Assembly (NCBI GenBank): GCA_951406725.2
Contig: OX597836.1
Location: 4,464,001-4,528,000 of the forward strand
Origin: Octopus vulgaris
Taxonomy: Eukaryota
Length of the DNA stretch: 64,000 nt
Reading direction: 5' to 3'
In this document: positions 15,172 to 29,212 of the stretch, one piece after another
Layout: every line of letters begins with the position of its first letter
Position numbering within the stretch: the stretch's first letter is position 1
Translations under genes and position numbers: made by a program
Notes under the pieces: generated by a model
What the model was told of the DNA's origin: nothing
The model's database searches: none
Seen by the model: the letters and a program-made list of their open reading frames with translations, nothing else

Positions 15172-15605
15172 ATATACATACATTTATATGTATCTATTAT
15201 ATATGCATATATACATATGTATATATATACATACATTTATATGTATCTATTATATATGCATATATATATATATGTATATATATACATACATTTATATGTA
15301 TCTATAATATATGCATATATATATATATGTATATATATACATACATTTATATGTATCTATAATATATGCATATATATATATGTATATATATACATACATT
15401 TATATGTATCTATTATATATGCATATATATATATGTATATATATACAAACATTTATATGTATCTATTATATATGCATATATACATATGTATATATATACA
15501 TACATTTATATGTATCTATTATATATGCATATATATATATGTATATATATACATACATTTATATGTATCTATAATATATGCATATATATATATGTATATA
15601 TATAC
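15172..15605. repeat. Minisatellite, ~8 copies of a ~53-55 bp unit
   Basis: Unit ATACATACATTTATATGTATCTA(T/A)TATATGCATATA..TGTATATAT. The marker CATTTATATGTATCTA recurs 8 times between ~15181 and ~15557. Confidence 0.9.
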
Positions 15606-15797
15606 ACATGAATATATACACACACACACATATATAGATATATATATGAGATTTAGATATATACATACGCACTTATATACACTTGTATGTTTTTACACAT
15701 TTGTTTATCGTTCAATTTTCAATTTTCATTTTTTGTTGTAATATTTAGTTATTTTACATTTTTATTTTCAAATATTTGATTTCCGACATCTTAATTT

Positions 15798-15846
<49 letters not shown>

Positions 15847-16605
15847 CTCTGCTTTTTTCCCTTTTCTTTCCCACATGCGATATTCTCTTAGTTATTCCCT
15901 CTCTCGTTCTTTCAGTTCATCTCTTATTCCCTCTCTTTAATCATCTATTTATTCCTCACTCGATCACTCGCACACTAGAACTTTCATTTCATCTTCTACA
16001 AACTCTCATCGCTCTCCCTGTCTCTCTCTATCAATTTCTGTCACTCACACACACACACTCTCTCTTTCTGTCACTCTGTCGCTTCCTCTCTTTTTTCTCC
16101 CTCTCTACTTTTCTCTCTTTCTCCTTCTCTCATCTCATCTCTCTACAATTTTCCTTCTCGTTTTCACTCCTTCTCCCAGGCAATACAATCTAACTTGGAA
16201 ATTTATCAAAACGTAAATAATAGCAAACCATTCCTAGCGGTATTTTCTTTAAAATAAAATCCAGTATTTTTTCCTTTTTTTTCTTTCAGTTTTATTGATT
16301 TTTATATATTTACGTTTTTCCTCTCTTCACTGACCTTTCTGTTGGAACACAAAGGTCAACAGGTTTGGCAAAATGTAAGAAAAAATGTGTATGTAATTAA
16401 TAAATAAAGCGACAAAACAATAATCACATATTCCCACGCATACACACCCACCCACACACATCTACACACATACAAACACTCACACATACACACACACACA
16501 AGACAATAAATATGAAATAAAAATAATAATTATAAAAATAACAATAAGAATATTATTAACACCAACAGCAACGACAATAATAATAATAATAATAATAATA
16601 ATAAT

Positions 16606-16641
<36 letters not shown>

Positions 16642-17220
16642 TCAATGTTATTTGGCTTTCAGATGTATTTTTATACATTTTATTATGACTTGGACGAATT
16701 AACAAGTTTGAATTGCTTCATGGAATGGTTAGAAGTTCAGTTCAAAGATCAAAATTTTATGGATTTTAGCTTTCCATTTCGACTGTTGTTCTTCAGAATT
16801 CCGTTTCGTACCGCATCTGTTCCGTTTTATGGCCTGCAGGCTAAATTTGCAGACAATACAGCGGTTATATACCGTGTGTATTAACACTGCTTATGCAACA
16901 GTTATTCGCCGTTTTACTCAATAGCTCTATGATAAAGTCGGAGAAATTTGTAAGACGAAAGCAAATTGTATTATTTAGTTAGAACATTCGACTTGCGTTT
17001 TGAGTTCAATTATCGCTTATCTCAGTTTGAAATTTTATTCTGTGGTGTTTGCTAAATCTAATTAATTACTAAAAACTTCTTTCTACAACGCCTGGACTAT
17101 TAGCAAAAGGTGTAAGTCGATTACATCGACCCCAGTATTCAGTGGGTACTCACTATATCGACCCCCGAAAGAAGGAAAAGCGAAGTCTATATATGTATGG
17201 ATATATTTATGTATATATAA

Positions 17221-17260
<40 letters not shown>

Positions 17261-17299
17261 TTCTTTCTCTATCCTATTCTTCTTTATTTATTCCTCACT

Positions 17300-18450
17300 T
17301 TGATGAAGTTCCATGTTTGAGATCGGTTTTGATACCAAATATGAGAAATATTTCAGCATCTCAATCGTAATTCCATACACCATTGGAATCAGAAGTAGCT
17401 TTGAGAAAGGATGCTGTCTATTTGTATTGAATTAATAAATAATTATATCGTCACTGCCGATATAAGAGAAGGGTAATTTGAATAAAATGTTTTATGACGA
17501 TTGTGTCTGTCTTACTGACTCCGAAATTGATGCCATCGATGTCATGTGTTCGAAATACACGACATCCCGATGCTTTGAATCTTCTTACAAACGCTCAGAT
17601 CTTGCTTTTTGCGTTCCTGAAATTTTTTGTTGCTATTAGCAACTTATGGGACCTGAAGCCACTGACCTCCTTCTCTAATCGCTTACCAGTGTTGGAAGAA
17701 ATTGACGGATGGCTTTCATCCACATCGATATCCATGCACTCAAGTATTCTTTGCAATAATGTAATGAGTGACTTCCGCTGTAGAACTTTCAACTAACATT
17801 AACAATGCGCACAAAACACAAGGTTTATCAGCTGTGGTGATAGCATCAATAGCATCTTCGAGATTAGATTGGTAAGATTTCACCAACGTAGCTTGATTTT
17901 GAGACATTTGTGTCTAAGGGGGTCAAGGGGAAGCCTAAGATTGCAAACCGCCACCGTTAAAGAAAGAAGAGTGGATGTGCCACTTAAAGATTGTTGTTGA
18001 AAGTTTTATAATTAGACATTTCCTGCTTCATGAATCTCATCAAATATATTATAGCAGGATCTACAACACGCTCCTATATCGATATTATGAAATACCTCTG
18101 ACATATCTGTAAATGCAATAAAAGCATTGTGCATCAGGAGTCCCAAGTCTTCAGTAATTCTTTAAGAGAAACATTTTGTGGCAGTGTTCATCTGATTTTA
18201 GGGATGCTGATTCGGAGGATGGGATCAGAGTGAGAGGAAATTCTAAGACAGACATTCAGTTGTGGATGTTTTGGAGAGTAAATCTGAATGAGTGCTTCCT
18301 CTGTACTTCAGAAAAAGTGTGAAAGTCAGTTTGTTTCTGAAAACAGAATGATTAAAGCCTTCGTGAGGATTAGTAATCTGTTTCCAGAATGTATCATTTT
18401 TGCCAGTGTCAGTGTGTCACAGACAGATGTAAATATCATCAATGTACATG
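17300..18450 (-). pseudogene. Heavily decayed Penelope-like reverse transcriptase remnant
   Basis: Minus-strand YIDDIYI (RT YxDD motif) at ~18428-18448. Downstream, across frameshifts, IYS..HPQLNVCLRISSHSDPILRISIP..NQ resembles the Penelope thumb motif IY.KPT...YL...S.HP...K.SIP. Many stops. Confidence 0.5.
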
Positions 18451-18453
18451 TCA

Positions 18454-18880
18454 ATATATATATATATTTCTTTATTGCCCACAACAGGCTAAATATAGAG
18501 GGGACAGAGAAGGAGAGACAAAGGGATTAAGTCAATTACATCGACCCCAGTGCATAATTGGTACTTAATTTATCGACCTCGAATGGATGTAAGGCAAAGT
18601 CAACCTCGGCGGAATTTGAACTTAGAACGTAAAGGCAGACAAAATACCTATTTCTTTACTACCCACAAGGGGCTAAACACAGAGAGGACAAACAAAGACA
18701 GACAAACGGATTAAGTCGATTAGATCGACTCCAGTCCGTAACTGGTACTTAATTTATCGACCTCGAAAGGATGAAAGGCAAAGTCGACCTCGGCGGAATT
18801 TGAACTGAGAACGTAAAAACAGACGAAATACCGCTAAGCATTTCGCCCGGCGTGCTAACGATTCAACCAGCTCACCGCCT
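18454..18880 (-). mobile_element. SINE family B internal dimer with (TA)n tail and 11-bp target site duplication
   Basis: Two tandem ~184-bp units and the head CCAGCTCACCGCC. Flanked by TGTACATGTCA (18443-18453) and TGTACACGTCA (18881-18891). Confidence 0.9.
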
Positions 18881-19359
18881 TGTACACGTCATTATATTGG
18901 TGATAATATAACAGCGGATACATACTAATATTGCGTAATGAACCAACATAAACTTGTGCAGATATGCATATAATCATATCTTTACACTATCAGATACTAA
19001 ACAACTTTTGTATGGTGTTACTGAGTCCTGGATCAGCTCTGTTTGCATAACGTTGCTAAGATCAAAAGCATTCCAGTGGTAATCATAACATCATTATTGT
19101 AAAGTAAGTGACACCCGTATCTACATGGATATTAACGCACGTACATGTTGTCTATCTTTCACTATCAAGTTAACATCGACATCGAGAACAGGGTTGTCTA
19201 AAGCCACCGGTGACCCTATTAAGCAAATGGATGGTCAGAGACATTCCAGTTCTTTACATGTCAATGATTCTATTTAACGGGGAGACATATAGTTGTCGAA
19301 ATCCTCATTTCTATGAAGTTTGTTTGAGATTTTAGGAAGATTTGGCTGATAAAGTTAGC

Positions 19360-19375
19360 ATATATCTATATACTT

Positions 19376-19456
<81 letters not shown>

Positions 19457-19563
19457 CATACATATTTATCAATCTATCCATCTATCTATCTATATATATT
19501 CTTCGCCGTCTCTCCCCCCTCTCTCTGTCTATGTATCTGTATGTCTGTCTGTCAGTCTGTCTA

Positions 19564-19619
<56 letters not shown>

Positions 19620-19790
19620 CATACATATCTATCTATCTATCTACATACATATCTATCAATCTATCCATCTATCTATCTAAATATATACTTCGCCGTCTCT
19701 CCCCCTCTCTCTGTCTATGTGTCTTTCTGTCTGTTAGTCTGTCTATCTGTCTGTCTGTCTGTCTGTCTGTCTATTTATCTATCTATCTAT

Positions 19791-19848
<58 letters not shown>

Positions 19849-19860
19849 GTATGTATCTGT
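19360..19860. repeat. (TATC)n/(TGTC)n region containing a ~190-bp tandem duplication
   Basis: The unique marker TATCAATCTATCCATCTATC...CTTCGCCGTCTCTCCCCC occurs at ~19467-19520 and ~19654-19705. Confidence 0.85.
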
Positions 19861-20684
19861 CTGTATTTCTGTAACTGACTCTGTGTGTGACTGCATCCTT
19901 GTCTGTTTTTTTTCTGCCGGATTGTCTGTCTGCCTGTCTGCCTTTCTGTCTGTCGATCTCTCTCAGCCTCTCCTCCTTTTCACCTCCTCTGACTTTCTCT
20001 CTTTCTATCTATCTCTGCTGGTCCCTCTGTTTCTCTCTCTCTCTGTCCGTCTCTGACTCTCTTTCTCTCCGCTCTCTCTCTCTCTCTCTCAACTTACCTA
20101 CTTATTTGTCCGTCTATACAGCTAACATTCGACATGCTCTATCAATGTCTGCAATGTTTTACACATACACACATTATGCATCCACACATATATAGTCATA
20201 ACATAGAACTATATATATATATATATATACACACACAAATACAGAACACAGAGCAACAGTGAACACAAAATCGTAAACACACGCAGAGACACGAATAACG
20301 AACGATCGACACAGACATTAACGCATCAACGGGGATAACACTAACCACCGATTAAGCGCACACGAAGAAAACACAGCCACCAGCACCACACACCGTTTTG
20401 CCGCATTTATCAAGCGATCGCATTAAGTGTTCTAAGAACTGTCTAACTCGGTCTATAAATTACATTTATCAATGACTAATCGATATTATCAATAAAGTAC
20501 ATCAACACAGTCAACTGGTACAAATTATAACTTCTGGGTCAACATTATTGAGATTATAAATAGATTTTTCGCAGCTTTCATCTCCGCACCTTTGCCCCCC
20601 TCTCTCTCTCTCGTTCACACCCAAACACGATCTCGCTCTCTCCGTGTTTACGTGTATGCATATATGCACATGTTTATCGCTACT

Positions 20685-20759
<75 letters not shown>

Positions 20760-20817
20760 CTATATATATATACATATACATACACACACACACACATATG
20801 TATATATACACACACAC

Positions 20818-20926
<109 letters not shown>

Positions 20927-20999
20927 TGTATACATATATATATATATATATATATACATATACATACACACACACACATATGTATATATACATACAAAC

Positions 21000-21047
<48 letters not shown>

Positions 21048-21212
21048 GTATGTATGTATGTATGTACTTATGTACAGATGTATAAACATATGTGTGTGCG
21101 TGTGTGTATATATACGTGTGTGTGTGTATATATATATGTGTGTGTATGCTCACGCGCGTCTCTCTGTCTCTGCGTGTCATTCGCTCTGTCTGTCTGTCAC
21201 TCTGTCTCTGTC

Positions 21213-21251
<39 letters not shown>

Positions 21252-21489
21252 CTCGCTCTTTGTATTTGTATACAGTCAAAAACACGTGTTGCCGCCGTCT
21301 TTGGAGAAATGCAATGCTTAAGGCTGAGGAATATTAGATCTGAAAATAAGATCTCAACAGCGCCACATATAGACATACACCTACAGAGGCACACACATTT
21401 ATATGCATGCATATGGATACACTAACTCTGATATGTATGCACGAATAAATGCATGGTTGTCTATCTATATATAAATCAATCTCTTTCCT

Positions 21490-21554
<65 letters not shown>

Positions 21555-21721
21555 ATATTTATGTGTTTGTGGGTATATATATCTATACACACTCATACAC
21601 ATATATATATATTTGATATGTGTATATATATACATATATATATATATGTATATGTACATATGTATACATGTATACATACATATAAGTATTTATATGTGTG
21701 TGTGAATGTGTGTGTGTGTGC

Positions 21722-21758
<37 letters not shown>

Positions 21759-21862
21759 TGCATAATACATATACATATATACATACTTACGTATACATTT
21801 ATCACACCCCTCTTCGTCTTTTGTTTTGTTTAGTTTTTGTAAATTCCCACTATATATCTATA

Positions 21863-21893
<31 letters not shown>

Positions 21894-22222
21894 GATATGT
21901 ATATATATATATATATATATACAGACACTTAAAAGCAAACACTTGACAATAAAATGAGATAGAAATAGAGGAAGAATGTTGAATTAAAGTACAAGAAGCA
22001 TTTTTTGTGGGAGATGATGAAGGAGCGGGAAAGGGGGATAAGTGCTAACGAGTTAGAATTGTGGAGATAAAGAAATCGTTCTCCATTGAACATGGATTCG
22101 CAGTGATTCTTGGCAAGTGTCGAGTCTGTTCGCTTTGAGGGTCAACTATTGATTTTCACGCTGCCCATTACATTATGAATTTGACGTCGTACACATATAT
22201 GTTTATATATATATATATATAC

Positions 22223-22260
<38 letters not shown>

Positions 22261-22658
22261 ATAGAGAGAGAAAGAGAGAGAGATACACACACACTCACAC
22301 ATTTATATATTTATATACATACATATATATATGTATATATATATGTATGTACATAAATGCAATATTAGATATGTACATAATTAAACAAGGGCATACCGTT
22401 TGCATATTGAGTGTCTCTAGAGGATACCCCTATGTTGCAAGCATTCGGGTCAGGCCACTGCTTTGAGTATGTTTTCCACATTCAATCTCCTATCGTCCTT
22501 GACGGCCCTGTGAAGGTTTATTAATCACTGCCTTCCCAAACTGACTAAGTGTTAAAAGGAAAAATATAGGGCAGGAAATAAACGTGACGTGCAGAGCAAC
22601 ATTTTTATTTCATCAAATTGAAACACAAGATTTTAACAGTTATTTTTTCAAAGCTATA

Positions 22659-23320
22659 ATGGAAGTGACAAAGGAGCATATTTGGCATATTTTACTTTAC
22701 GAATTCAATAAAGGCAACAACACAACAGAATGTGTGGGGAATATTAATGCAGTGTGAGGAAGATTAATGGGGATCGAACAATAAGTGTAAGCCAGTGTCA
22801 ACGGTGGTTCCAAAACTTCAGAGTCGGAAACTACTGCCTAAAAGGCGAGGCTCATCCTGGAAGATCTGTAGAGCTCCACGAGAACTTCATGCAAAGCCTG
22901 GTGGAAAAAATCCAATGGTAATTGTTGAGGAATTAGCAGAGAAGCTTGGGTTTGGTCATTGAACCAGTAATTCAAGTCAGCGCTAGAAAAAAAACCGACT
23001 ACCTTTGGTTTCATGACGAAAGGTGTTTTATCATCAGGATTAATGTTCGGCCGCATACAGTGAAGATAATATTCCGAAGGCTTGAGTAGGTTGAATGGGA
23101 AACGATATTCGCTGGACATTGCCCCATCTAATTATCATTTATTCCGAAGTCTTCAGCATCATTTGGACGGAAAAAATATGAATTCTGTAGACGAGGTCAG
23201 AACAATACTGGAGGAGTACTTTTCGTCATGAGCAAATGAATTTTTGAAGAGGGGCCTTGAAAGTCTACCAGTTAGAAGAAGAGCATTGTAGAAAATGAAA
23301 GAAAGTATATTTTAGAGTAA
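22659..23320 (+). pseudogene. Internally deleted mariner (DD34D) transposase remnant
   Basis: N-terminus MEVTKEHIWHILLYEFNKGNN...SQCQRWFQNFRVGNYCLKGEAHPGRSVE matches the mariner HTH region. C-terminus YSLDIAPSNYHLFRSLQHHLDGK matches the YSPDLAPSDYHLF motif. The remnant has stops and frameshifts and lacks most of the catalytic core. A TIR-like GGGATGGCCTAATA ends at ~23385. Confidence 0.88.
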
Positions 23321-23686
23321 AAAAAGGACTTTGTTTAACTTAAATTTGAAAAATAGATGAATCCCATTAACGGGATGGCCTAATATGTACTACTATTCTG
23401 TATGCTATGCGCTCATCGCTGTGTGATCCCAAAGAAAGACATTTCATTTATAGTATTTACCATAACTGTTTCCAAATATTGCCAGTCGCGAAAGAGGTAA
23501 CTTTCCTTGTTCTACCAAACGGCAGGTTGTCTCTGATCCTTTTCTGTGTCCCAGTGAGGGAATATATTAGAAAGGTGCCTAGGTCGTGTACAAAATGCTG
23601 CCAGTCATTCGTTTAATGGAAAGTTCCACGTCGACGAATTATTTGTTTGAAGGTAAGCTTTCGAAGAATAATAATTCCCTCTTCAT

Positions 23687-23904
23687 CTCTCTTTTATCTT
23701 AACGTGTTTCAGTCATTAGATGGCGGCCATCTTGGGGCCCCAAGGTGAAAATGTTTTGATCTCAAAACATCGACACAGTACTTATTTTCTTCAGCCTGCT
23801 ACTTATTCAATCGGTATCTTTTGCCCAACCGTTAAGTTACGGGAACATAAGCAGTTGTCTAGCTTTGATCTGGGAGAGATGCAGATAAACATCCACGCAC
23901 ACAA

Positions 23905-23950
<46 letters not shown>

Positions 23951-24130
23951 CACAAGCAAAAACATACGATAAGCTTCTTTACCTTTCTTTCTACCAAATC
24001 CACTCAAAAGGCTTTGGTTAGGCCAATAATAGTGAAGGTTTTCAAAACTCTGGCCCAAGTTGTCACGCAGTAGGATAGAACTCCGAACAACTTGGTTGGA
24101 GAACAAGCCCCTTCCCACACAGCCATGCCT
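23687..24130 (-). mobile_element. SINE family A, near full-length, diverged
   Basis: GTTTCAGTCATTAGATGGCGGCCAT at the start and CACACAGCCATGCCT at the end, with an internal (CA)n. Confidence 0.8.
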
Positions 24131-24589
24131 TTTTTTGTGCATTGCTGTTCGATATTTCCTGCTAAAATGGTAGTGATTGCTTTTTACTCGCAGGAATTTA
24201 TTAATATTTTGCATTGCAATTGGAATATTATTCTTTTTTCTGGTGTTTTATCTGAATATGTTGTTTTTTTGAAAAAAAAACTTTTATAACTTTTTGAGGT
24301 CGTGGCAAGAAATATTCGATATAATTTTTTTGTTTTTTGATTTGTGACATGAAGGAAGAAAAATAAACTTTCTCCAAGTATAGTTACATACAGATTATTT
24401 CTTCTATCGTAAATCATGCCAAACTTTAGAAAGTTATATCTATATGAAAAGTTTGCTGAAAAAAAAAAACGAAAATAAAAGAGATATTTTTTAAAAAATT
24501 CTATTTCATCTCATAAAAATATCGCCTCGGAACCGCGAGATGTAAACAGCGTCGATTTCGCCCACAGAAAGCGACGTCAATGTCAATGG

Positions 24590-24769
24590 CGATGATGATG
24601 ACAATGAGGATGATGATGATAACGATGGTGTTGGTAGTGGTGATGATGATGATGATGATAATGATGATGATGACGATGAGAGCGGTGATGGGTGATGATG
24701 ATGATGATGATGTTATTAAGAAGAGCAACAACAACAGCAGTAAAAATAATAACTTATTATCATTATCAC

Positions 24770-24827
<58 letters not shown>

Positions 24828-24886
24828 GATGATGATGATAATAATAATAATAATAATAATAATAGTAATAATAATAATAATAGTAT

Positions 24887-24917
<31 letters not shown>

Positions 24918-24975
24918 AAGAAGAAGAAGAAGAAGAAGAAGAAGAAGAAGAAGAAGAAGAAGAAGAAGAAGAAGA
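24590..24975. repeat. Compound (GAT)n/(TTA)n/(AAT)n/(AGA)n microsatellite
   Basis: Directly visible. Confidence 0.95.
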
Positions 24976-25329
24976 AACGACCGAATGATTGATGGGCTAA
25001 TATTTTCTAAAGAAAGTCTGACACACACACATATACCAAACAAAAGATCACACTCACACACACACACACACACACACACACATCTACAACACAAGCACAA
25101 AAATAAGCACATACACAATATGAGGTCACTATATAAAGAAACATGAATAGATATATTTTTGACAGATAAACAGATTAATTGAGAGATTTATCGACAAATA
25201 GGTAGATTTATAGGAAGGTAGATATATTTATTGATATATAGATTTATTGACACGCAGTAAACGCCTAGCAGCAATGTGGAAAATAGATATATTTTTGTCA
25301 CAAAATTATGCGGCAAGCAATCTGCCCGA

Positions 25330-25398
<69 letters not shown>

Positions 25399-25551
25399 TC
25401 ACAATAGGAGAGCCGTTAAACTGGTAAACGGAGACGGATGCTAACAAAAACATAACGATATAGCACGCAGTAAGAGAAAAATAAATGTGACTGTTTACAT
25501 ATATATATAACTGAGGACGGATAACATCCAGAAACCTAGGTCTCTGAGTAT

Positions 25552-25600
<49 letters not shown>

Positions 25601-26089
25601 GTAATGTCATATCATATCAGGTTGAATTATATTATATTTTATTATATTATATAATACTAATCATTTCTAATGATGTGAACATCGGAAGATTGAATAGTAC
25701 TGCTCAGGTGTCGAAACCACTGAGATATACGTTTAGGCAGCTGATAAAGGGTATGCACATATACTATTCCGGGTTGTCCTTCATTCTTGTCAAGAGGGAA
25801 GTGTTTTAAGATTCATAATCTATGGCGATCAGTTACTTTGGTATTCTTTGGTTTTCTCCATATGTAAGGTATATATATACATTTATATGTGTGTATATAT
25901 ATATATGTGTGTGAGTGTGTGTGTGTGTGCATGTATGAGTGTGTTTGTGTGTAAAGTGATGATGACTGTCTTATCTTGACCAAGAGATAGACCATGACTC
26001 ATCACTGACTATTATAAACATGATAAAATCAAAGATATTCATACTTCACAATTGTGGCTCCGCTGGTGACAAATATTCTCAGCTCTTGA

Positions 26090-26800
26090 CGAACAACCAC
26101 GTCCAAATATATTGCAGACTCAACTTCGTCCATTCTCTAACGTGATGGAACATTCCGAACGCTTCCCTTAAATTTTGCAGTAAAAATACCTGTGTTTTCG
26201 AAAACAATCGCTCACTCTTTATTTGCTTTATGTGTTACGTGAGCAGCATTTTTCCCCAGTTCACCTCCCATATATCACAAGCCCAGAACGAGGACTTAAC
26301 GTAATCTGTAAATTTTAGACTTAATTTCGGCTGAGTATACCTTTCAACGGAGTATAATGTCTATTTAAGAATCCTACGATCATTAATCCGAACAAAATAC
26401 CCAGTCCAACGTAAGTGGTGCTTCTGTACTACCACCCCAATGCACTTTATGTTGGCTTCCCTGAAAAGCTCCTTGTCAAGAATCCAAGACCCGTAACAAT
26501 TCAGAATGTGATCTACACAAATGTGTTGGAAGCGCCAAAAGACTACATCACGACGGCTGAACAGTTTCACTACGCAGGGTACAGAGCAAAATTTGGAAGT
26601 ATGAAAGATATTTCAACCTCATTCGTGACCTTCCTTATGCGGATGATTACAACGTAATTGTTCTCTCAGTTGAGCATATGAAAGTTCTCATTGATCATAT
26701 TTCTGCATGCTGCAATGGATTTGAACTATACTTTAGCTTACAAAAGATTGTTGGAATGTTCCTACCTGCGCCACCAAACACGTGTATACCACCATCTACA
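26090..26800 (-). pseudogene. RTE/BovB-clade LINE, decayed 3' ORF fragment
   Basis: ELFREANIKCIGVVVQKHHLRWTGYFVRINDRRILK matches the RTE C-terminal motif LRW.GHV.RM.D.R.PK. Confidence 0.75.
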
Positions 26801-27057
26801 CTCCTCCTCAAATAGCGATAATTTATGCATACACACATACATGTGCGTATGCCACTTTATATATATATATATATATATATATGTAAGCAAGCATGAATTC
26901 ATAGGTATGTGTGTATATATATATGTATATATGTTTGTGTGCATATGTATGTATTTATGTATATATGTACGTATCTCTCTATCTATCTCCCACTCTCTCA
27001 TTCTCTCTCTTTTTCTCTCCCCCTCTCTCCCTCTCTCTCCCTATGTATATATATATA

Positions 27058-27099
<42 letters not shown>

Positions 27100-27496
27100 A
27101 TGTTTTAATATCTCTCGAGTTTCAAAATGCAGAATAATGATTATCAGATACAAAAGTAAAAAGCAAGTTAAATCGATACTCAGCAACTTCGTTAACACAA
27201 GCAGACATTAAAAATTATAAAAATGACGTAAAATTTATCAATAATTAACAAATTAAAAATGTGCTATAAAACCATTAAATATAAGCGCAGAATATTTTGC
27301 TTAATTCTGTTTTATGTATTGATTTCATATCTTCTTACACGTTATATAGTATATTTTAATATACTATATATTATTACATTATAAAAGTAGTTCTCACTCT
27401 GTTGTGTGTATATATATTTACACGCACATATGCATGTATTGCATATAAGTACTTATATCTGTTTTCATATATATATATATATGTGTGTGTATAGAG

Positions 27497-27550
<54 letters not shown>

Positions 27551-27737
27551 TAGATACAAAGGAACACACATACTTATGCATGCATTACAAGTATATACGT
27601 GTGTATATGTATGTGTATTTATTTATATATGTATTTATATGTATTTCCCTATGCACGCAAATATATAAACATTGATATAAGTACTTATATATAATGATTT
27701 ACGCATGTACACATTCACAGGCACAGACTGGTATATG

Positions 27738-27769
<32 letters not shown>

Positions 27770-28756
27770 AATATATACATGTTGTTATGTTTAAATACAC
27801 ACGCACATAAATGCAAGCATAAATATATATACGAAATCGGTTTTATTTGTACGACTTTACATGTGTTGATATGCATGCGCCATTATAATATTTATATTTA
27901 TGTTTGTACTAGAATGTATATGTTTCTATTTTTTATTTGAATTAAAGTGTGTGTATTGTATGTGAGTGTACGTGTGTGTGTGTGCGTGCGTGCGTGCTGT
28001 TGTTGTTGTTTGTTTGTCACTTATTTTTATCATAAAACAACAACTGTTTTATCAAACTCCATTTTCCCTTTGTCATTTCGGCCATTGCTAAGAATTTACT
28101 CGTTAAACAATGAGAACAATAAAACATGTTTTCTAAGTGGTTTCCGTGATACAGTCTCATCAAACATATATTCTTTTATTGTTTATCAAGAAAAAAACCA
28201 AAAAAAAAAAAAAACCAAACAAAATATCACTGCCAAGCAAGTAAAGATTTTCAAAAACTAAAAACATGTCAAAATAAAATTAGGAATTATTCTTAAATAT
28301 ATGAGTATTTTTTTTTTAAATATAGAAAATGGAAAATGCCTATAAACATTCATAGAAAAAATACAAAGGTATAAATATGAACACAGGAAAAAAATAGAAA
28401 GAAAAGGCATAACAACATCATGATATACACAAATACACACGGATGCATAACGATTACAATAAAAAAATGAAAGTAATAATAATATTAACAATAATAAGAG
28501 TAATAATAGTTTTAAGTAGAATGATTATTTTAGATCGTTTTTCAAAATTTAATGTTATTCCAATTAATGTTTTTATTTAAAAACATAAACAAGCCATAAC
28601 GAATGTATTAAGACTGTTGGTAATTATAATTTTAATAATAATAATAATAATAATAATTACAGAATTGCTTTTGTTGTTTGTGAAAATGATATTAGATCAA
28701 TAGAATGGAGGTTGACAAAAAAAGAATTATCAATTAGAACACTGTATATCATGTGT

Positions 28757-29212
28757 CTCATTTGTTTTATCCTTTTGGCATTAGACCGTGGCCATGCTGG
28801 AGCACTGCTTTGATGCATTTTTAGTCGAGTGAATTGACCGCATGACATATTCTATTTCTTTAAGCCTGGTACATATTCTGTCAGTTACTTTTGCCGAACC
28901 GCTAGGTCACAAAAACGCAATCACACGACCACTGGCTATGGAAGAGTTCGGGGTCGACAAACGCAAACAAAAAGAAACACGCACACATACACACACACAT
29001 ACATTCGCATACACACACATGCACGACACACATATATATATATATATTTATTTGTGCAATAGGCTTCCAACAGTTTCCGTCCGTCAAATACACTCACATT
29101 GCTTTGGTCAGACCAAGGCTATTGTAGAAGTCACATGCTCTAGGTCCCACGCAATGGGTCGGAGCCTCTAGGCATGCGATTGCGATGCCAGCTTCATACA
29201 AGCCAACCAGCC
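28757..29212 (-). mobile_element. SINE family A, diverged
   Basis: GTGGCCATGCTGGAGCACTGC, TTTTGCCGAACCGCTA, CAGTTTCCGTC and GCTATTGTAGAAG in the expected order. Confidence 0.8.
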
